From: Candidatus Dormiibacterota bacterium
GTDB taxonomy: Bacteria; Chloroflexota; Dormibacteria; CF-121
Direction: 5' to 3'
DNA length: 64,000 bases
Assembly: GCA_036564925.1 (NCBI GenBank)
Contig: DATCOB010000082.1
Location: forward strand, 149 to 64,148
In this document: positions 56,340 through 64,000 of the stretch, one piece after another
Numbering within the stretch: position 1 is the first letter of the stretch
Layout: the number at the start of each line of letters is the position of its first letter
The notes under the pieces: model-generated
What the model was told of the DNA's origin: nothing
What the model saw: the letters and a program-made list of their open reading frames with translations, nothing else
Databases searched by the model: none
Translations under genes and position numbers: made by a program

Positions 56340-56579
56340 ATGCTTGGGGAACTCGAACTGACGCGGTTGATCGAAGACAACGAATATCCGGCTCGCGTCG
56401 TCCAGACGGGCATCCTCTGGGTCGAGCTCGAGCTCATCGATGTCAACACGAGCGCCATCACCCGGGAGCGGATGTCCAAGTCCGCCTTCGCCGATCTCAT
56501 CCTCGACTGGCGGGAGCGCCGCACGCGCAACACCCGGCATCTAGGGCCCGCGCTCCGCAAGATCGGTATTGCTGCTTAG
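56340..56579 (+). CDS. ~79-aa hypothetical protein
   Basis: AGGTGGGA RBS-like sequence before ATG 56340; compact ORF in an otherwise empty gap. Confidence 0.65.
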   Translation: MLGELELTRLIEDNEYPARVVQTGILWVELELIDVNTSAITRERMSKSAFADLILDWRERRTRNTRHLGPALRKIGIAA

Positions 56580-56585
56580 GCCGCT

Positions 56586-56766
56586 CAAGCGCAGAGACTC
56601 TACACGGGCTGATACTCGCTCGTTTCGGCCCTCGAGCCGGCGCCTCGCGCAAAATTCCAGTGCGCTCGGCCTGCCTAACTCGGGCCGACTCGCTCGCCAG
56701 CCCTACGCTAAAGATCGTCTGCGGCGCGTGTCGGTCCGCGCCAAAACGCGGCCCGACCTTTTTTAG
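56586..56766 (+). repeat. Diverged structured repeat, copy D, ending in a terminator-like hairpin
   Basis: 5-prime CAAGCGCAGAGAC as in copies B/C; core GCGCA-AAATTCCAG-TGCGC; 3-prime stem 56730-56757 plus T6. Confidence 0.65.
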
Positions 56767-56782
56767 CGGAACCGCCTCCGAC

Positions 56783-57736
56783 CTAGGGGATGAGGACGAG
56801 CTTCTTATGCGGTGAGGTCGACTGCCGCTTCCAGACTTCGGGCGCCTGGTCGAGCGGGAAGGTCTCGTGCTCCACCCTCAGGCGTCCGGCGGCGGCGTGG
56901 TCGGCCAGCGTTCGAAATGCCGACGCCGTGACGTCCCAGGGCACGTCGAAGAGGGTAAAACCGAGGATCGTCAGCATCCGGCCGCGTACCAGTGAGGAGA
57001 GAAGTGGGACCTCGTTGCCGGCCGACTGGCCCATCTGGAGGAGACGGCCGCCCCGCTCGAGGGCCTGGAGGGCGGCGAGGCCGGGCGGGCCCCAGAGGGG
57101 ATCGATGACCAGGTGAATGGCCCCGCCGGCCGCCTCCTTGAATTTTTCCGGCAAGCCGTCGGTCGAGGTCAGGTCCACCGCCGCGTCGGCGCCGAGCGCG
57201 AGAGCATGGCGGAGGCCGGCGGCATCGCGCGCCGCCGCCACCACGCGACCGGCGCCGAGCAGCCGGGCCGCCTGCACGGCCACCGCCCCGACCACGCCAC
57301 TCGCCGCCAGGACAAGGACGGTTTCCCCTTTTCGCAGGTTGGCACGCCAGGTGAGAGCGAGCCAGGCGGAGAGTGTCGGGATACCGAGCGAGGCCGCGAG
57401 CGCGTCGGAGACGCCGTCCGGGACCTCGACCACGAGCGGCTCGCCGATCATGCTCTGCTGTGCGAACGAGCCGTGAGGACCGCCGTTGTTGAAATAGACC
57501 CGGGCTCCTGGCCGGACGCGCCCGCCCCTGGCAACGCGGCCGACCCCCTCGCGACCGGGCACGAATGGGGTGGGAGGCGACCCTCGATAGAAACGACCGC
57601 CGGCGATCGAGATGTCCACCGGGTTCATCGGCGCCGCCAGGACGTCGATCACGATGTCGCCATCTCCGGGCGAGGGATTGGGGACATCGCGCATCACCGG
57701 AGGGTCTCCATAGCGCTCGATGACCGCGGCCTGCAT
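56783..57736 (-). CDS. Zinc-binding ADH/quinone oxidoreductase (MDR) family
   Basis: MNPVD, PG-x-EGVG and AASGVVG motifs. Confidence 0.9.
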   Translation of the reverse strand: MQAAVIERYGDPPVMRDVPNPSPGDGDIVIDVLAAPMNPVDISIAGGRFYRGSPPTPFVPGREGVGRVARGGRVRPGARVYFNNGGPHGSFAQQSMIGEPLVVEVPDGVSDALAASLGIPTLSAWLALTWRANLRKGETVLVLAASGVVGAVAVQAARLLGAGRVVAAARDAAGLRHALALGADAAVDLTSTDGLPEKFKEAAGGAIHLVIDPLWGPPGLAALQALERGGRLLQMGQSAGNEVPLLSSLVRGRMLTILGFTLFDVPWDVTASAFRTLADHAAAGRLRVEHETFPLDQAPEVWKRQSTSPHKKLVLIP

Positions 57737-57773
57737 GTCCCAACGATAGGACTTCGGCCGATCTAACGAGGGC

Positions 57774-58433
57774 TTAGCGCCGGCGGCCGAAGATCCGCAG
57801 CAGGATCAGGAAGAGGTTGATGAAGTCGAGGTAGAGGCTCAGGGCCAGCAGGAGCGCGTTGTTATCGCCCGCGCGCTGCGCCTTCACCCGCCAGAAGTCG
57901 AATAGGGTCAAGCCGATGAACACGACCCCAAGGCCAAGGCTGATGACGAGCTGGCTGATGCCAAGATGGAAGATCAGCGTCGCGACGCTGAGCAGGATGC
58001 CGACCACCAGGGCGCCGAGTAGCCACCGCCCCCAGCCGGCCAGGTTGATGCTGGTGAGATAGACGACCGCGGCTGCCACGAAGAAGATGCCGACGGTCCC
58101 CAGCAGGGCGCTGCCGACCGCGTCGGGACTCTGGTGCAGGTAGGCATTGACGATTGGCGCGATGAAGAGGCCCTCGACCACGGAGAAGAGGGCGAAGAGC
58201 CCGCCCGCGAGAGCCTGGTTCTTCGACCTGGCCGTCGCCTGGACCGCGAAGATCAGCCCAAGCGCCACGATCAGGAAGATGAACGGGTTGATATTGATGT
58301 CGACGATGCCGGTTAGATAGAGGTAGACGCCGCCGGCCGTCAGCGCGAGGGAGAGGGCGAGCCAGGCCATCACCCGGCTGAGCAGCGACCGCTCGACCTG
58401 GACCTGGCTCTGGAGCGCTTGGTGCGGCAGCAT
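57774..58433 (-). CDS. Bax inhibitor-1/YccA family membrane protein
   Basis: Seven TM segments; ALSLYLDFINLF motif. Confidence 0.92.
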   Translation of the reverse strand: MLPHQALQSQVQVERSLLSRVMAWLALSLALTAGGVYLYLTGIVDININPFIFLIVALGLIFAVQATARSKNQALAGGLFALFSVVEGLFIAPIVNAYLHQSPDAVGSALLGTVGIFFVAAAVVYLTSINLAGWGRWLLGALVVGILLSVATLIFHLGISQLVISLGLGVVFIGLTLFDFWRVKAQRAGDNNALLLALSLYLDFINLFLILLRIFGRRR

Positions 58434-58497
58434 GGGCTTCGTACCAAGCATAGGCTCGCCCGCCGCGCTCGCGTTTTCTTATACTCATCCCTCGCGC

Positions 58498-59472
58498 ATG
58501 CATTGGTCTCGCTCACGTTTCTCCACCATCCTCATCACGGGCAGTCTGCTGGTCCTGGCGGCGTGCGGCACCCCGCCGGCGTCATCCGTGCCAGCCACGC
58601 CAAGTCCCACACCGAGCCGGCCGGGGCCCGCCATGGTGCAGATCGAGAACTCGCCGCTCGCCCGTCCGCTAGCCGGACTGCAGCAGGCCAACCTGGTGTA
58701 CGAGTACCTGGCGGAAGGTGGCATCACGCGGATGACCGTCATCTATTTCCAGCCTGGCGGCAACCAGCGGATCGAGCCGGTGAGGAGCGCTCGCCCGGTC
58801 ACGCTTCGGTTGCAGCGGGCCTACCACGGCGTCCTCTTTTTTTCCGGCGCCAACATCAAGGTGCTCCAGGCAATCCAGCAACAAAACATCCCGGCGCTCA
58901 CCGAAGGGTCAGACGGCGGAATCTATTTTGCCCGCGATCCGGCCCGGCGCGCCCCGCATAACTTGACCACGGATGGCGACCGGTTGGCGCAAGGGGTCAG
59001 CAAGCATGCGCCGCGCATCAGCTATCAATTGCCGGTGCCGGGCCTGCCGGCCCAAAGCCCACCACCCACGGCCGCGCAGCGAATCCAGTTCGATCAGACC
59101 CCATTTCACCGGGTGATCTACACCTACTCGCCGGGCGACGGCGCGTACGCTTACGCCACCGTCGATGGCCCGCTCCTCGATCAGGATACGGGGCAGGCGC
59201 TGAAGCCGGTCAACGTGATCCTGGTCCAGGTGGCACACCACGATGCCGGCTTCACCGACGTGCTCGGTGCGCCCGCGGTCGACTTCGATCTCCAGGGAAC
59301 GGGCCCGGCCGACGTCTTCACGCAAGGTCATCACTACGCCGCCACCTGGGACCTGGGGAATCCAGACCTCCCCCTCAAGATCCTCGGTGGCGACGGCAAG
59401 GTCATGCACTTGCCAGCTGGGCTGACGTGGGTTCACCTCGTCGATCCGGGCACGGCGGTCGCCGCCAGCTGA
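58498..59472 (+). CDS. DUF3048 (YerB-like) lipoprotein
   Basis: Lipobox LAAC, IENS-x-x-ARP, VYE-x-x-AEGGITR, PVRSAR and APHN motifs. Confidence 0.88.
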   Translation: MHWSRSRFSTILITGSLLVLAACGTPPASSVPATPSPTPSRPGPAMVQIENSPLARPLAGLQQANLVYEYLAEGGITRMTVIYFQPGGNQRIEPVRSARPVTLRLQRAYHGVLFFSGANIKVLQAIQQQNIPALTEGSDGGIYFARDPARRAPHNLTTDGDRLAQGVSKHAPRISYQLPVPGLPAQSPPPTAAQRIQFDQTPFHRVIYTYSPGDGAYAYATVDGPLLDQDTGQALKPVNVILVQVAHHDAGFTDVLGAPAVDFDLQGTGPADVFTQGHHYAATWDLGNPDLPLKILGGDGKVMHLPAGLTWVHLVDPGTAVAAS

Positions 59473-59476
59473 CGGG

Positions 59477-61183
59477 TCAGCCGCGCACCGCGGCGCTGAG
59501 CACCGGTGGGAGCCGCAGCCAGTTTCCGGTCGCTTCCAGGGCGGTCAATCGCGGCCCCACGATGTGGGCGGTGCGATGACTCGGGAAGAACAGGGGCCTG
59601 GGAAAGCCCGTCAGCGGGTGACGGATCACCGTTTTCTCGATGCCCGTCATCATCGACGTGTTGTGGACGAACCCCAGCCCGCTCTGGACATTCCGGAGTG
59701 AGGCGCTGGGGTGACCGCCCCAGGGGACTCCCAGGGCAAAGCCGTAGGCGCCCCAGATGTTGACGCCCACGGTCCCGTAGCGAAGGTGGATGATGGCGCG
59801 CTCCAGGGCGTCGCGGCCGCCCGGTGCGGCGAGCATGGCCGGATGAACCACGATGGTCGCCACCAGGGTGCCCCAGAGCCGGTCGTTGGCGAACCGCACG
59901 GCCTCCGCAAGAAACTCGATCGGGTCGTCCGACTGCAGCGGCGTCTCCGAGAGCACCGAACAAAACGGTTCGATCCTGAAGGCGCGCTCCTCGCGGTCGG
60001 CCGCGTCGAGGTCGCGGATGACCGCCCAGGGCAGCGTTCCATCCCTCTCGTCGCCGAAGGTGTCAAGCGCCACGCGACCGGCGGTCAGGGCTCGATAGCG
60101 GTCGGCCGCTCCGGGGTAATAGGCGTATCGGGCCGGCGCATCGCGGAGCACGCTCTCGATGGCCGTCATCAGTGTCGATCGGCCGGCCCACGATCCGCTT
60201 GTGATCAGCATTTTGTTGGCGTTGCAGTTGAACGAGGCGTTGTTGGTGATGCCACCGGCGATGCTCTCAGCCTGCCAGGCGAGCTGGCGTGGGCTGTACG
60301 GGCCCGGCACCACGATGACGGGTGAGATGTTCCCCAGCTCCGACGTGATCGGTTTGTTCAGCAGCGGCGTATTCTGCGAGCGGCGGGATTCGCGCTCGGG
60401 ACCAGGGTCGCCCCAGACGAGCGCATCGTGGGTTCGATCCGACCCGGTCAGGTGCACCTCGTCGACGCCCGGGTGTCGGGCCAGGTAGGCGCCTTCCTCC
60501 GCGGCGCCATAGGTGACCTGGAGGAAGCCACGGGCGATCGGTTCGGCGAACGCCGTTTCCAGGAATGGGCCGAGGTACGCGTTGACCGGGTTCATCTTCA
60601 GCAGGCAGACCTTGCCCTCGTTGAACATCTTCGTCATGACGTCGAGCGGTGGGATCGCGTTGACGTTCCCACCGCCGAGCACGAGCACGACCGTGCCCTC
60701 GTGCCGATCACCCGAGTAGAAGGGCGCGCGAGCTTCCATCTGGGATGCCGAATCAAGGTGAACCGTCGCCGCGACGTTTCTGAACACGACCGAGTCCAGG
60801 CGGGTCAGCGGAAACACGTCGACCGCGACGCGGCCGTCGAGGGTACGGCCGGCCTGGCCCACCGGCGTTGTTCCGTATCGATCCAGCGACTCCAGTGCGT
60901 CGATGAGCAGACGCAGGTTCTGCAGCGTGATCACCGGGCCGAGGACCCATTCCTCGCCGGCCAGCCGGTCCCGAATGGGGATGCGTTTTGCCTGACACGC
61001 CGCCGCGACCGTAGCGGCGGCGACCCCCGCATAGCCGGATCGCACGGCCTGGGCAAGTTGAATGCGCTGGCGGATCGAGAGTCGGGCAAAGACCGGCGCG
61101 CTCTCTTTCAGGCGTGCGATGGCCTGGTCCATGCCGGCCTGTCCAGTTCGCCGAGACCCGGAAGTGACCGTGGAGGACATCAT
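59477..61183 (-). CDS. Aldehyde dehydrogenase family protein
   Basis: LKMNPVN, TGS, SELGN, NASFNC and EPF motifs. Confidence 0.88.
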   Translation of the reverse strand: MMSSTVTSGSRRTGQAGMDQAIARLKESAPVFARLSIRQRIQLAQAVRSGYAGVAAATVAAACQAKRIPIRDRLAGEEWVLGPVITLQNLRLLIDALESLDRYGTTPVGQAGRTLDGRVAVDVFPLTRLDSVVFRNVAATVHLDSASQMEARAPFYSGDRHEGTVVLVLGGGNVNAIPPLDVMTKMFNEGKVCLLKMNPVNAYLGPFLETAFAEPIARGFLQVTYGAAEEGAYLARHPGVDEVHLTGSDRTHDALVWGDPGPERESRRSQNTPLLNKPITSELGNISPVIVVPGPYSPRQLAWQAESIAGGITNNASFNCNANKMLITSGSWAGRSTLMTAIESVLRDAPARYAYYPGAADRYRALTAGRVALDTFGDERDGTLPWAVIRDLDAADREERAFRIEPFCSVLSETPLQSDDPIEFLAEAVRFANDRLWGTLVATIVVHPAMLAAPGGRDALERAIIHLRYGTVGVNIWGAYGFALGVPWGGHPSASLRNVQSGLGFVHNTSMMTGIEKTVIRHPLTGFPRPLFFPSHRTAHIVGPRLTALEATGNWLRLPPVLSAAVRG

Positions 61184-61342
61184 GGCCGAGTCTACCCGCG
61201 GGGTTGATGCGGCCGCCCGGCGAGGACGGTCTTGCCGCTGGCGGGGGCGCCGCTGATAATCACCAGGGCGGGTGTGATGCATATCAGTGTGCTGGGGACC
61301 GACAACGACGGCGGCACACCGGCCGGGGGCCCGGCGCCCGGC

Positions 61343-61909
61343 ATGGCGGGCGTGCTGCTGGCCGCGGGTGCCTCGCGTCGCTACGGCCGCCCCAAACTCC
61401 TCGAGCCGTGGCGCGGTGAGCCGATCGTCCGGTGGGCCGCCAGGTCGTTGCTCGGCGGTGGCCTCGATCCGGTGGTGGTCGTGGTCCCGCCCGGTCGCTC
61501 AATTCGCGACGCGCTGCGCGATTGCGCTGTGACGTTCGTCGAAAATGCCGACGAGCACCTTGGCCTGGGCCATTCGATCGCGTGCGGGGTGTCGGCACTC
61601 CCCCCGGGCGTCGCCGCCGCCTTGATCAGCGTCGCCGATCAACCGCTGGTCGACGCGCAAGTCGTGCGCCGGCTTTGGGCGGCCTTTAGGCCCGGCGGCA
61701 TCGTTGTGGCGCGTTTTGGCGAGCACCTGGGGAATCCGCGGCTCTTTGATCGAAAATTTTTCCCGGCACTGGCCGCCTTGACCGGTGAGGTGGGTGGGCA
61801 GGCCGTTGCCGCGCACCATCCTGATGCCCTTATCGAAGTCCCGCTATCGCCGGCCATCGGTCGGGACATCGATCGGCCGGAAGACCTGGCCGAGCTTAGC
61901 GAAACGTGA
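61343..61909 (+). CDS. MobA/MocA-like nucleotidyltransferase
   Basis: LLAAGASRRYG-x-x-K, DQP, GNP and DID motifs. Alternative start at 61277. Confidence 0.88.
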   Translation: MAGVLLAAGASRRYGRPKLLEPWRGEPIVRWAARSLLGGGLDPVVVVVPPGRSIRDALRDCAVTFVENADEHLGLGHSIACGVSALPPGVAAALISVADQPLVDAQVVRRLWAAFRPGGIVVARFGEHLGNPRLFDRKFFPALAALTGEVGGQAVAAHHPDALIEVPLSPAIGRDIDRPEDLAELSET

Positions 61910-62036
61910 GCAGCAGTCGCTGCGCGCTGATCGTGATGGCCCAGAGGAGGGAACCGAGCAGTATCGCGTCGAGGCGCCAGCCGTACAGACTGCCGGCCGC
62001 CGCGATGTTGTTCAACAGAGACTGCATGGTGCTCAT
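61896..62036 (-). CDS. 46-aa single-TM small protein
   Basis: AAGGA 7 nt before ATG; sequence MSTMQSLLNNIAAAGSLYGWRLDAILLGSLLWAITISAQRLLLTFR. Confidence 0.6.
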   Translation of the reverse strand: MSTMQSLLNNIAAAGSLYGWRLDAILLGSLLWAITISAQRLLLTFR

Positions 62037-62119
62037 CTAATGGTCCTTGTTTGCTGGACTCAGCATTGCACTGGTCGCTGAGTGCAGCCCGCCACCATCC
62101 TTAAGGGAGGCTGAGAAAG

Positions 62120-62647
62120 GTGCCGAGCGGAATCTCAGCCAGAGCGGCGCGTCCCGAGGACGCGCCGGCCATTGCCAGGATCTGCAACGAGGGCATCGAA
62201 GATCGACTGGCGACCTTCGAGACCGAGCCCAGGACGGCGGACGCCGTCCTCCAGGTGCTGGCGGACTCGCCGAGCTTGCCGGCCGTGGTGGTCGAGCGGG
62301 CAGGACGCATCCTCGGATTCGCGTGGACCTCCCCGTATCGACCCCGTGGGGCGTACGCGGGGGTTGCGGAGTTTTCCGTTTACGTCGAGCGCGGTGCTCG
62401 CCGGACGGGTATCGGACGGGTGGCGCTGGGTGAACTGATCATCGAGGCCGAGCGAAGGGGGCTCTGGAAACTTGTATCCCGAATTTTTGAGGACAACATC
62501 GCGAGCCGCCGGCTCTGCCTCGCCCTGGGCTTCCGGGAGGTCGGGGTCTACCGACGGCACGGTAAGTTGGACGGCCGTTGGATGGACTGCGTCATCGTCG
62601 AGCGACTCCTGGGAGAGGCCGCCGCCGCACCTCAGCCAGTCGACTGA
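62120..62647 (+). CDS. ArsN1/Pat-like GNAT N-acetyltransferase
   Basis: NEGIEDRLATFET, YAGVAEFSVYV, LWKLVSRIF and VGVYRRHGKLDG motifs. Confidence 0.88.
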   Translation: MPSGISARAARPEDAPAIARICNEGIEDRLATFETEPRTADAVLQVLADSPSLPAVVVERAGRILGFAWTSPYRPRGAYAGVAEFSVYVERGARRTGIGRVALGELIIEAERRGLWKLVSRIFEDNIASRRLCLALGFREVGVYRRHGKLDGRWMDCVIVERLLGEAAAAPQPVD

Positions 62648-63639
62648 ATCTCGCCGGTCCCTTCGTGGGCCGTCGCGGCGTTGAGCTGGAGAAAGCGCGC
62701 CACGAGGTCGGGGTCCCACTGCGTGCCTGCGCCGTCGCGCAGGGTACGGATGGCTACCTCCCTCGGTAGCCGCCGTCGGTAGGGCCGATCGCTGTTCAGG
62801 GCCGTAAAGGCGTCGGCGATCGCAATGATGCGCGCGAAGAGCGGGATCCGATCGCCCTTGAGCCCGTCGGGGTAGCCCCGGCCATCCGCCCACTCGTGAT
62901 GATGACGGATCGCCGGCAGGAGCCGGTCGGCGCGAGGCAGCGCCTGCAGCAACTGCTCGCCAACGATTGGATGTTGCCTGACCTGGTCGAATTCCGTGGC
63001 GCTCAAGCGATCGGTTTTCGAGAAAATGGCGACCGGTACCCCCACCGTGCCGACATCGTGCAGGAGCGCCGCCTTGTAGAGCAGCGTCAGGTCATCGTCG
63101 GGTAGCCCGATCCCCGCACCCAACTCCATGGCCCAGTGCGCCACTCGTTCCGACATGCCGGCGCGAGTCGGGTCTCGTTCATCGACGACTCGGGCCAGCG
63201 AGACGATCACCCCTTCCAACTCGTGCAGCCGGCTGTTCAACGCGCCGATCAGCAAGTGGGCTTTGACAAGCGCGAGAACCATGGCCCGCCCGATCGGCTT
63301 GACGGCATGGTCATCGGCACCGGCGCTGATGGCACGTTGCCGTTGCATCTCGTCGGCCTCATCGGCCAGGATGACGACCGGGATATCCATGGTCGCCGGT
63401 GCCGCCTTGATCGCCCGGCACACCTCGAGTCCGTCCATGTCCGGAAGCGTCGCGTCACAGAGGACAAGGTCGCACCGATGCGCGGACAGCTGCCGCAGTG
63501 CCGAGGCACCGTCCTGCGCCGTGACGACATGGTGGCCGGCCGCGGACAGGTCCGAGGTCAGCGCGCCCGTCGTCGCGTCATCGCCAACCACCAGGAGGGT
63601 GGCCACGCTGTCCGGTCTGCGCGCGCGCCGCTCGATCAC
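62632..63639 (-). CDS. Response regulator with a degenerate HD-GYP domain
   Basis: REC domain (D...P-x-MDG, KP) plus HD, HHE and GYP motifs; GTGA overlap with the upstream gene. Confidence 0.9.
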   Translation of the reverse strand: MIERRARRPDSVATLLVVGDDATTGALTSDLSAAGHHVVTAQDGASALRQLSAHRCDLVLCDATLPDMDGLEVCRAIKAAPATMDIPVVILADEADEMQRQRAISAGADDHAVKPIGRAMVLALVKAHLLIGALNSRLHELEGVIVSLARVVDERDPTRAGMSERVAHWAMELGAGIGLPDDDLTLLYKAALLHDVGTVGVPVAIFSKTDRLSATEFDQVRQHPIVGEQLLQALPRADRLLPAIRHHHEWADGRGYPDGLKGDRIPLFARIIAIADAFTALNSDRPYRRRLPREVAIRTLRDGAGTQWDPDLVARFLQLNAATAHEGTGEIQSTG

Positions 63640-64000
63640 CGCCGGCTGCGCTTGATGAGCTGAGGCAGCTTGCTGAAGTCGCGCTCGGCCGCCATCCGCA
63701 TGAATGCGAACGCCAGGTCCACCCGGCCGCGCTCGCGCAACACGTCCGCATACATGGCGCAAACCTCGGCCAGCTTACCCGCCGCCTGGCGTGCAACCAG
63801 CGTCGTCAGAGCCTGCTTGAACTTCCGATCGGCGTGCGTTGGGCGACCGAGCTGCTCGAGGGCCGCGCCCTCCAGGGCAGCCGCGTAGGCCTGATGCAGG
63901 TGGTCGCCGGAACGATCTGCCGCCTGTTGGCTTTCCTTAGCGAGTATCGCTGCCCGACGCGCATCTCCATCCTCGAGCATGTAGCTGGCGAGTGCACCGC
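63636..64000 (-). CDS. C-terminal part of a TPR-like helical protein (truncated by the window edge)
   Basis: Open to the window end; alpha-helical repeats such as A-x-x-K-F-x-x-A-L and AF-x-FM. Confidence 0.6.
   Translation of the reverse strand, partial: GALASYMLEDGDARRAAILAKESQQAADRSGDHLHQAYAAALEGAALEQLGRPTHADRKFKQALTTLVARQAAGKLAEVCAMYADVLRERGRVDLAFAFMRMAAERDFSKLPQLIKRSRR

Noticed and set aside
5004-56766. The repeats as a CRISPR array or a riboswitch
   Set aside because: The copies are dispersed, about 160 bp long, without spacers or cas genes, and their orientation relative to downstream genes is inconsistent.

Overview
This is a gene-dense, high-GC core-genome window from a soil-type Terrabacterium (Dormibacterota/Chloroflexota/Actinomycetota-like; taxonomy is inference only). 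I found no rRNA, tRNA, CRISPR array, transposase, integrase or phage gene. It carries a LexA-boxed DNA-damage locus (radical SAM, Zn-finger protein, MBL nuclease), etfBA, a Liv-type ABC transporter, and a ~28 kb amino-acid catabolism region with a kynurenine/anthranilate-CoA-like set (kynA, kynU, kynB-like, abmA-like). It also carries a ComDE-like decarboxylase, cbs/cystathionine lyase, ispH, ligD, a CBS + CBS-GltD-ferredoxin + ccsA operon, tldD/pmbA and an HD-GYP regulator. The signals least explained by ordinary annotation are: (1) a dispersed family of ~160-bp structured intergenic elements (3 close copies, 1 diverged copy with compensatory base changes, 1-2 3-prime fragments) with no cognate mobiliser in the window; (2) small ORFs below the ORF-track cutoff, notably a 19-aa Lys-rich peptide with a perfect RBS and its own terminator; (3) a possible RNA switch over the RBS of an ArsN/Pat-like acetyltransferase; (4) degenerate or unusual enzyme architectures. 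Product calls come from motif recognition by eye, and no database search was run.
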